In this document: one piece after another, positions 36,355-43,609 of the stretch | Layout of the letters: every line of letters starts with the position of its first letter | How positions within the stretch are numbered: the first letter of the stretch is position 1 | NCBI GenBank assembly: GCA_028691385.1 | Contig: JAQUZL010000001.1 | Coordinates: forward strand, 1 to 50,120 | DNA: 50,120 nt | Direction: 5' to 3' | Source of the DNA: Oscillospiraceae bacterium | GTDB lineage: Bacteria; Bacillota; Clostridia; Oscillospirales; Oscillospiraceae | The notes under the pieces: model-generated | The model's input: only the letters and a program-made list of their open reading frames with translations | Told to the model about the DNA's origin: nothing | Database searches by the model: none | Translations under genes and position numbers: made by a program

Positions 36355-36393
36355 ATGCGCAAGGGCGAAAGGGACGCTTTCACCCTTGCGCAT
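36355..36393 (-). other. strong intercistronic hairpin just after the SBP gene stop, with no U-tract
   Basis: 11-bp arms ATGCGCAAGGG / CCCTTGCGCAT with a nested GAAAG/CTTTC stem. Sits within the 193-nt dctP-dctQ spacer. Confidence 0.6.
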
Positions 36394-36405
36394 GGTAAGA
36401 TGTAC

Positions 36406-37494
36406 TTAGCCGCGCAGCGTTTCGAGCTGTGCCATGACCTTGTCAACAGCCTCGTCACCTGCGATGCCGCGAACGGTATCGACAACGTTGACGGTGGAAT
36501 CAACAAACGCCTGATGCTCATCGGCGGTCGGGGTGTAGACGGTCACGCCGTTGTCTTCCATGTTCTTGATGTCGCGGGTATCATACTCTTCCGAGAGCTG
36601 ACGCTCACGAACCACGAAGTCGGCAATACACTCGTTAAAGACGGTCTTGAGGTCGTCCGGCAGCTTGTTCAGCGCGGTCTCGTTCATGAACACGCCGAGG
36701 AAGTCGTACACATGGTAGTCAAGCGTCAGGTACGGGGTAACCTCATACAGACCCTGCGTGAAGATCAAGGACGGCGGGTTTTCCTGCGCGTCAACAGTGC
36801 CCTGCTGCAGTGCGGTGTACAGCTCGGAGAAGGCAATTGCCTGCGGGTTGCCGCCCATGGCGGTGACCATTTCCATGGTGACCGGGTTCTGCTGGGTGCG
36901 GATGCGCATGCCGGTCAGATCTGCCGGGGACTTGATCTGCTTTTTGGTGGAGGAGAAGCAGCGCAGGCCGTTCTCGGCCCAACCAAGCACACGGACGCCG
37001 GTCTTGTTGTAGACGCAGTCGGAAAGGTAGCTTGCGCAGTCGCTGTCAAAGAAGTCCCATGCTTCGTGACGGTCACGGAACAGGAACGGGATGGTGGTTG
37101 CAGCCAGATCCGGAACAAAGTTGCTCATGGAGCCGCAGGACAGGGTGCCGATGTCGATGGTGCCCATCTGGATGCCCTCGAAGATTTCGTCCTCGCTGCC
37201 AAGCTCGGAAGCCGGGTAGTACTGGATTTCGATGCGGCCGTTGGATTTCTCGGTCAGCGCATCAATGGTTTCCAGAATTGCGTCGCCCTGCTTGTCGCCC
37301 TTTTCGGGGGAAACGTGCGCCCACTTGAAGGTGTATACGGTATCATCCGTGCCGGCGTCGGCAGCGGGGGCTGTGGTGGTCGCGTCGGAGGAAGTGCTTG
37401 CGGGGGGTGTGGTGGTTGTGGTGGAGCCGCCGCAGCCGGCGCAGATGCTCAGAACGAGGGCTACCAGACAAAGAATCGAAATTGCTTTTTTCAT
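36406..37494 (-). CDS. TRAP transporter substrate-binding lipoprotein (DctP family)
   Basis: 362 aa. Lipobox LSICAGC followed by a Thr/Ser/Ala-rich linker. DctP-like core (FKWAHVSPEKGDKQG, ELYTALQQGTVDAQENP). Confidence 0.9.
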   Translation of the reverse strand: MKKAISILCLVALVLSICAGCGGSTTTTTPPASTSSDATTTAPAADAGTDDTVYTFKWAHVSPEKGDKQGDAILETIDALTEKSNGRIEIQYYPASELGSEDEIFEGIQMGTIDIGTLSCGSMSNFVPDLAATTIPFLFRDRHEAWDFFDSDCASYLSDCVYNKTGVRVLGWAENGLRCFSSTKKQIKSPADLTGMRIRTQQNPVTMEMVTAMGGNPQAIAFSELYTALQQGTVDAQENPPSLIFTQGLYEVTPYLTLDYHVYDFLGVFMNETALNKLPDDLKTVFNECIADFVVRERQLSEEYDTRDIKNMEDNGVTVYTPTADEHQAFVDSTVNVVDTVRGIAGDEAVDKVMAQLETLRG

Positions 37495-37789
37495 GTTTTT
37501 CTTCCTTTCTCAATACAAAAAATGCGATTGTGACAGGATGCTGCTTTGCTGCCGAAAAATCGCGGAACCACGATCGGTCTGTACAAAACTGCTGAGCCGA
37601 TAGTTGACGCTGCATCCATTGCTGCATCGGTTCCGTTGGGCGCAGAAAACAATTGAGCATGAGGGAGTGTATTGCGGACGCCAACGACCACAATACATGC
37701 TCTTTTGCGGTGCGCCCATTACAGCGCCATGAGTATCGACCTCCTTCCATCTGGAATTGCTGGTTCACTTACTCTTAAATTACAAGACT

Positions 37790-37818
37790 AGTATACATCA
37801 CTTGTTTTATTTTTGCAA
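37790..37818 (-). promoter_or_regulatory. sigma-A promoter of the TRAP operon (TTGCAA-17-TATACT)
   Basis: On the minus strand, TTGCAA at 37818-37813, 17-nt spacer, TATACT at 37795-37790. Implies a ~290-nt 5' leader. Confidence 0.6.
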
Positions 37819-38040
37819 CAAGAATATGGCAATGATGCAATTATGCAACATTTACAAATCGTAAGACGATTGTGAGCAATATTGTACAAAACGTGTATAT
37901 TTCGCAGTGACATCCTGCGACGAATGGTATAAAACATACAAATACAATTGACGCCTTATAGCAAAATTGCCGGACGCGATCAACAATGTATTGCGAGCGG
38001 TTCATTTCTAACACAATCTGATGCGAATTTTTTTTATGCG

Positions 38041-38069
38041 TTGCAAAAAAAATACAAATATGATAAATT
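38041..38069 (+). promoter_or_regulatory. sigma-A promoter of the EBP-like regulator (TTGCAA-17-TGaTAAATT)
   Basis: TTGCAA 38041-38046, 17-nt spacer, extended -10 TGaTAAATT ending at 38069. Confidence 0.5.
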
Positions 38070-38109
38070 TAAGGACGGAGGCGGAAGGAACACATAATTA
38101 TGGAAGGGT

Positions 38110-39537
38110 ATGGGTAACTTCTTCATGGAAACAACAACCGATTATGCAACAAAGCGTCTGGGACTGTACCAGACGTTTGCGGAGCATTCCTATGAGGGGA
38201 TGCTGATTACGGATGCTGCAGGGGTCATCCTGCAGGTTAATCAAAAATACGAGGCGATTTCGGGTCTTTCAAAACAGGAGCTGATTGGAAAAAACATTCA
38301 GCAGCTGGTCGATGACGGCATTTTGTCCGCCAGCGCCACGGCAGAGGCAATCCGCATCGGTAAGCCCGTGTCCATGGCGCAGGTGTTTAGCTCCAATGTG
38401 GAAGCCTATGCCAACAGCACGCCCATCTTTGACGATAACGAGCAGCTGCTGGGCGTGGTCACCTGTATCATGGATATGCGGGATCTCAACGGCATGCTTG
38501 ATAATCTCAAAGGCGTCGAACACCGCAACAGCCGGCACTATAAGGAACTCACCAAGCTGAAAACCGCCATTTTTTCGGACAACGAAATTGTGGCCGTGGA
38601 CAGCAAGACCATCAGTATCTATCATGCGGCGCAGCGCGTAGCCGCGACCGATGAGCTGGTGTTTTTGCATGGCCCTCGGGGCATTGGCAAGGAAAATGTG
38701 GCGCGGTATATTCACCGGCATTCTGCGCGGGCGGAAAAACCGTTTTTGCACATCTATTCGAGCATGCTGCTTTCCCCGGACGCCGAACGCAAACTGTTCG
38801 GCTATACCGATGAAGCGGAGCACTACCATCCCGGGATTCTGGAGGAGAACAACGGCGGCACAGCCTATATCGGCGAGCTGCAGGATGTGTCCATCGCGCT
38901 GCAGGTCAAGCTGCTGGAGCTGATTCACACCGGCGCGCTGGTGACGGCGTGCGGCAGGCGCAAGCATGTCAATGTCCGCTTTGTGATTGGCAGCGTGCTG
39001 ACCGAGGCGGAGCTGGACAAATGCCCCAACATCGCGCGGGAGTGGTATTTTGTGCTGAGCGCCTTTTCCATCAATCTCCCGCCGCTCAAGGAGAAGCGGA
39101 ACGACATTGTTCCGCTGCTCAATTACTTTCTCAACGACTATAATCAGCGCTACCATTTGGAAAAGCGCTTTGAAAAAAGCGCCTATACTCGCCTGATGAT
39201 GTACGACTGGCCGGGCAATATTCGGGAGATGAAGATCATGGTGCACCGCGCGGTCATCATGAGCGACAATCAGTATATCAAGCTGCAGGACTTGTTTATG
39301 GACAGCTCCATGCAGCAGACGGCGGACGCGCTCAATGAGCTGCCGGATCATTTTGATTTGAAGATGGAGCTGGAAAAGATCGAGGCGGACTATATTGTCC
39401 AGTCCTACGCCAAGTATAAAAATGTCCGCACGGCGGCCAAGAGCCTGGAAATGGACAGCTCCACGTTTGTGCGGAAACGGCAGGTCTATCAGCGAAAGGG
39501 CTATATCAAGCCCCCCGAACAGGAAGAAGCGGAATAA
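38110..39537 (+). CDS. PAS + degenerate AAA+ (sigma-54-interaction-like) + Fis-type HTH transcriptional regulator lacking GAFTGA
   Basis: 475 aa. PAS domain (GMLITDAAGVILQVNQKYEAISG). Walker A GPRGIGKE. YTDEAEHYHPG sits where GAFTGA is expected, and GGTAYIGELQD where GGTLFLDEIGE is expected. Also WPGNIREMK and HTH VRTAAKSLEMDSSTFVRKRQ. The start codon is uncertain (see uORF finding). Confidence 0.85.
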   Translation: MGNFFMETTTDYATKRLGLYQTFAEHSYEGMLITDAAGVILQVNQKYEAISGLSKQELIGKNIQQLVDDGILSASATAEAIRIGKPVSMAQVFSSNVEAYANSTPIFDDNEQLLGVVTCIMDMRDLNGMLDNLKGVEHRNSRHYKELTKLKTAIFSDNEIVAVDSKTISIYHAAQRVAATDELVFLHGPRGIGKENVARYIHRHSARAEKPFLHIYSSMLLSPDAERKLFGYTDEAEHYHPGILEENNGGTAYIGELQDVSIALQVKLLELIHTGALVTACGRRKHVNVRFVIGSVLTEAELDKCPNIAREWYFVLSAFSINLPPLKEKRNDIVPLLNYFLNDYNQRYHLEKRFEKSAYTRLMMYDWPGNIREMKIMVHRAVIMSDNQYIKLQDLFMDSSMQQTADALNELPDHFDLKMELEKIEADYIVQSYAKYKNVRTAAKSLEMDSSTFVRKRQVYQRKGYIKPPEQEEAE

Positions 39538-39574
39538 AAAATGCCCCCTGATTTCAGTTGAAATCAGGGGGCAT
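39535..39574 (-). terminator. intrinsic terminator of the DGC/PDE-kinase operon
   Basis: 16-bp arms ATGCCCCCTGATTTCA / TGAAATCAGGGGGCAT, with a T-run on the minus strand (39535-39540). Confidence 0.8.
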
Positions 39575-39656
39575 TCCACATGTCTGCTGTTTTCGCAGAA
39601 CCGCTGGAGCGCTGGACACGCCGTCCGCAACCGCGATGGCTGTAAGCTGCAACTCA

Positions 39657-42600
39657 TTAAAATTTTTCAGCGGGGTTGGGCGGCTCATGCTTGGAAATTT
39701 GCTCCATTAATGTGCGGTAGAGCAGTGCCGGTTCAATGGGCTTTGCCAGATGCGCGTTCATGCCAGCCGCCCGGGACTTTTGAATATCGTCCTCAAAGGC
39801 GTTGGCGGTCATGGCGATGATGGGAACGGTTTTGGCGTCGTCCTTACGCCAGTGACGAATGTTGTAGGCGGCCTGCAGGCCGTCCATCTGGGGCATGCGA
39901 ATATCCATCAGGATGGCGTCATAATAGCCGACGGGAGAACCGGCAAACAGCTCCATGGCACGCAGGCCGTTTTCGGCTTGATCCACCTGAAAGCCCTTGT
40001 AGGCAAGCAGGCGGGTCGCCACCTCCACATTGAGGGGATGATCCTCGGCCAGCAGCACGCGCCGTCCGGTGAAGTCGAATTCCTCCAGCGTCGGTTCGTT
40101 TGCAGTTTCCTTGTCGTAAAACACCTTTTCAAAGGCGGAAATCAGCGAGGACTTGAACATAGGCTTGCTCATCAGCAGATTGACGCCGGCGAGCTTGGCT
40201 TCATGCTCAATGGACGACCAGTCGTAGGCGGTCATGATGATGATGGTCACGTCCGGGCCGACAATTTTGCGAATTTGCCGGGCGGTTTCAATGCCGTCCA
40301 TGTCCGGCATTTTCCAGTCCACCAGAATCAGGTCGTAAAATTCCTTGTTGGCCCATTTTTGCCGTACCTGCAACACGGCCTTGGCGCCGCTGTCCACCCA
40401 TTCCGCCTTCAGGCCGATTTCCTTGAGCGTGATCATGGCGTGCTCGCAGACGATGACGTCGTCGTCCACCACCAGCGCGCGCAGCTCGGAGAAGTTGTGG
40501 TGTTCCTTTTGCGCGTTGCGCAGTCTGGTTTCCTCGGTGATGCCGAGCTTCACCTCCACGGTGAACTCAGAGCCGACGCCTGCAATGCTGCGCACGTTGA
40601 TTTTGCCGTCCATCATCGCCACCAGATTTTTGCAGATGGCAAGACCCAGCCCCGTGCCGCCGTACATGGTGGTCGCGCCGGTATGCTCCTGCGAAAACGG
40701 CTCGAACAGATGCGGCAGAAATTCGTCGGAGATGCCGCAGCCGGTATCGTTGACCACGAAGCGGATCACCGCATCGTTTTTGCCCTTTTTGTGCTGCAGT
40801 ACGCTCAGCGCAACCTTGCCGTTTTCGGGGGTGAACTTGACGGCGTTGGACAAAATGTTGATCAGGATTTGCTGCAGCTTCATGGCGTCGCCGATGTAGC
40901 TTGCCTCCACATTGTTGTCCACCACGCACTCATAGTCGATGTTTTTGGTCTGCGCCTGGGTATAGCAGATGGCGTTGATGCCGTTGATGAACTCCTCGAA
41001 GGGAATCAGCTCGCTTTTGAGCAGCGCCTTGCCGCTTTCGATGCGGCTCATGTCCAGTATATCGTTGATGAGCGAGAGTAAGAACCGGGAGGAGATGCCG
41101 ATTTTTGAGATGCAGTCGGCGATTTGCTCATCGTCGCCGATGGATTGCGCGGCGATGGCGGACATGCCGATAATGGCGTTCATCGGCGTGCGAATCTCAT
41201 GGCTCATGCGGGAGAGAAAATCGCTTTTGGCGGCGTTGGCCTGCTCGGCGGCCAAAAGCGCATCCTCCAGTGCCTGCTGGTGCACCTTTTGCGCGGTGAG
41301 CAGATCTGTGACGTTGCTGCGGGTATAGAACAGGGTGCTTTTGCTCTCGTCAAGATAGGAAAAGGTCCATTTCCGATATTCTATGCCGCCCGGTTCACCG
41401 CGGACGGAGAAGGTGCACGAATAGGTGCTGCGCGATTCCAGCGCCTGCAGCACCGTGTCTATGCACATCTTTTGCAGGCAGTCCTCCAGCTCTTCCGGCA
41501 CAATCAGCTGCCGGGCAAGCTGCGCATAGCGGTCGGAATAAATCTCATTTTCGCGAAGGTGGTTGGGAATCTGCTCGGCGCTGGTTGCGCACAGCGTGAC
41601 GCGATGGGTTTTGACGTCCACCACCGCAATCAGCTCGTGCTCCAAATCGACCAGCTTGTTGATGATGGTCTGCATGTTCTTGGATTTGGTGATGTCATAG
41701 GAGTAAAGGAAGATGATGACGTCCTTGGATTCCGGCGCCTGATAGACCTTCAAGGTGGTGTTCACCCAGATGATGGAGCCGTCGTTCATCCTGCGCTGAT
41801 AATCCATCGAGCGCTCGGTTTCGCCGGCGACAAAGGCGGCAAGCATCCGACTGCGGTCAAGCATTTCATGCAGCTGCTCGCGCTGCGCGTCGGTGTAGGC
41901 GGACTGGACAATCAGCGCAGCGCCCTGCTCATGGGTGAATTTTCCGTCCGGAATTTTCGCGTTTGCTCTGGCGTGATAGAATTCCACCACGTTTTGCGAA
42001 ACATTGGAGCGCATCTTGGCCAGAAGGTTGGCGCTTCCCTCTGCGTTTTGCAGCACAACCTCCTCCTGATACTTTTGTTCCAGAGATTTTTCGATAGACA
42101 CGTCCAGAAAACTGCCGATGGCATGATGGGGATTGCCGTCCTTGTCAAAAACCGTGGTGAAACAAATCCGCTCCCACCAGTAGTTGTCGCTGGCAGAGCT
42201 GCGCCAGCGCACCGTGTCGGACACGGAGCGGACGCCGCTGCGCAGGCGGCGGCACAGGATGCGCAGCTTTTCCGCGTCGTCCGGATGCACCAAGCCGCGC
42301 GCAATCAGGCTCTCCGGGACATTTTCCACCACCGCGACCGGGCCAAACAGGCTGGGCGTGCTCCCTTTCCGCCGCAAAAGCCGATCCTTCATGTCATAGA
42401 TCCAGACGGAAACGCCGGCTTGCGAAGCGGCAGTGACAAACTGCGCTTCCATTTCCTTGTATTCGTCGGCCGAGGACGCCGTGGCAATCGCGCGCACAGG
42501 CGCGCCATCGGCGTCACGCAAGATGGAATAGTGGATTTTGGCCCAGGCAAACGCGTCCTCACCGGATTGGGCGCGCAGCTTGATTTCCTGCACCAGATCC

Positions 42601-43598
42601 GAAGCGCCGTTTTTGAGGTCGCGGTGCAATTGCCGGTAAGCCTCCTCGCTGTCCGGATGCACTGCGCCGGTTTTCAAAAAGCTCTCCGGGAAATCGGTCA
42701 TCACGGCGGGCAGATGGTAAAGTCCCTGAGAAAAATCGCTGATGTAGGCAGTATCCGTGTGCATGTCATATTCCCAATACTGCACCTTGGCCTGCTGGAT
42801 TGCCAAGGCCAGCTTATTTTGCTGTTCCTCCAGCGCGGCCTTCATGCGCATCTCCTGATCCACATCCTGAAACACCGCATAGACCAGCAATTGCGACGCG
42901 TTCTTGCGCAGCACGCTGGATGTGACCTTCAGCCATTTGTAAGCGCCATTCTTGTGCAGATACCGATGGATGTTGGACATGGGCGCTTTCGCGGTGGCAA
43001 ACTGCGCGAGATACGCCTGCACGTCGCAAAGATCGTCCGGATGGATGCGTGCAAGTGGACTTTTAACACATTCCAGCAGATATTCCTTGCGTGGGTAACC
43101 GACCAGTTCGCACAGGGCGTCGTTGCAGTATACCATGCGCAGCGAATCGGTGCAGTCATAGACGGCGACGCCGCCGGGCAGATGGCTCAAAATCTTTTCA
43201 TAGTCGCTTGACTCCGGCAGCAGGCTGCCTTGCGGGCTTGCCATGCCGGTGACGTCAGAAATCATGTATGCGCACAGACCGGAGCCGATCGGATAGCACC
43301 GAATAGCCAGACTTTTTTCCAGATCGGGCCGATACACAGTCAACGTGTGCATCGTGCCGTTGCGCGCTGTGTCCAGATAGAGAGGCAGGCGGTCATCGGC
43401 AGTGGGAAACAGCGCGGTAAAGCACTTTCCGGCGAGCGCGTCCATGCTTTCGCCCAACAAATCGGCGCAGGCGGCATTGGCGTATCGAAAGACGAGATCG
43501 GCAGGTACGCCGGCTGCGTCTGGCAGGATTTCAGCAATGGCAATGGCGATGGGACTGTTCGCAAAGCAATTCTTCATGTTTTCTGTGCTGATGGGCAT
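39657..43598 (-). CDS. cytoplasmic multi-PAS hybrid sensor histidine kinase with two C-terminal receiver domains
   Basis: ATG 43598 preceded by GAGGAGG, which overlaps the upstream stop codon. H-box SHEIRTPMN. N and G boxes NAVKFT, DTGCGI and GGTGLGL. REC domains with LILVDWKMPDMDG and AILMDIRMPQMDG. No hydrophobic TM stretch seen. Confidence 0.92.
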   Translation of the reverse strand: MPISTENMKNCFANSPIAIAIAEILPDAAGVPADLVFRYANAACADLLGESMDALAGKCFTALFPTADDRLPLYLDTARNGTMHTLTVYRPDLEKSLAIRCYPIGSGLCAYMISDVTGMASPQGSLLPESSDYEKILSHLPGGVAVYDCTDSLRMVYCNDALCELVGYPRKEYLLECVKSPLARIHPDDLCDVQAYLAQFATAKAPMSNIHRYLHKNGAYKWLKVTSSVLRKNASQLLVYAVFQDVDQEMRMKAALEEQQNKLALAIQQAKVQYWEYDMHTDTAYISDFSQGLYHLPAVMTDFPESFLKTGAVHPDSEEAYRQLHRDLKNGASDLVQEIKLRAQSGEDAFAWAKIHYSILRDADGAPVRAIATASSADEYKEMEAQFVTAASQAGVSVWIYDMKDRLLRRKGSTPSLFGPVAVVENVPESLIARGLVHPDDAEKLRILCRRLRSGVRSVSDTVRWRSSASDNYWWERICFTTVFDKDGNPHHAIGSFLDVSIEKSLEQKYQEEVVLQNAEGSANLLAKMRSNVSQNVVEFYHARANAKIPDGKFTHEQGAALIVQSAYTDAQREQLHEMLDRSRMLAAFVAGETERSMDYQRRMNDGSIIWVNTTLKVYQAPESKDVIIFLYSYDITKSKNMQTIINKLVDLEHELIAVVDVKTHRVTLCATSAEQIPNHLRENEIYSDRYAQLARQLIVPEELEDCLQKMCIDTVLQALESRSTYSCTFSVRGEPGGIEYRKWTFSYLDESKSTLFYTRSNVTDLLTAQKVHQQALEDALLAAEQANAAKSDFLSRMSHEIRTPMNAIIGMSAIAAQSIGDDEQIADCISKIGISSRFLLSLINDILDMSRIESGKALLKSELIPFEEFINGINAICYTQAQTKNIDYECVVDNNVEASYIGDAMKLQQILINILSNAVKFTPENGKVALSVLQHKKGKNDAVIRFVVNDTGCGISDEFLPHLFEPFSQEHTGATTMYGGTGLGLAICKNLVAMMDGKINVRSIAGVGSEFTVEVKLGITEETRLRNAQKEHHNFSELRALVVDDDVIVCEHAMITLKEIGLKAEWVDSGAKAVLQVRQKWANKEFYDLILVDWKMPDMDGIETARQIRKIVGPDVTIIIMTAYDWSSIEHEAKLAGVNLLMSKPMFKSSLISAFEKVFYDKETANEPTLEEFDFTGRRVLLAEDHPLNVEVATRLLAYKGFQVDQAENGLRAMELFAGSPVGYYDAILMDIRMPQMDGLQAAYNIRHWRKDDAKTVPIIAMTANAFEDDIQKSRAAGMNAHLAKPIEPALLYRTLMEQISKHEPPNPAEKF

Positions 43599-43609
43599 AG
43601 GACGCCTCC

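Noticed and set aside
37343-37768. 141-aa, 69-aa and 66-aa minus-strand ORFs inside the TRAP leader
   Set aside because: They overlap each other and the dctP start out of frame, lack family resemblance, and have odd Trp/Cys/Arg-rich composition. The region is treated as untranslated leader, apart from the mini-ORF noted in the findings.
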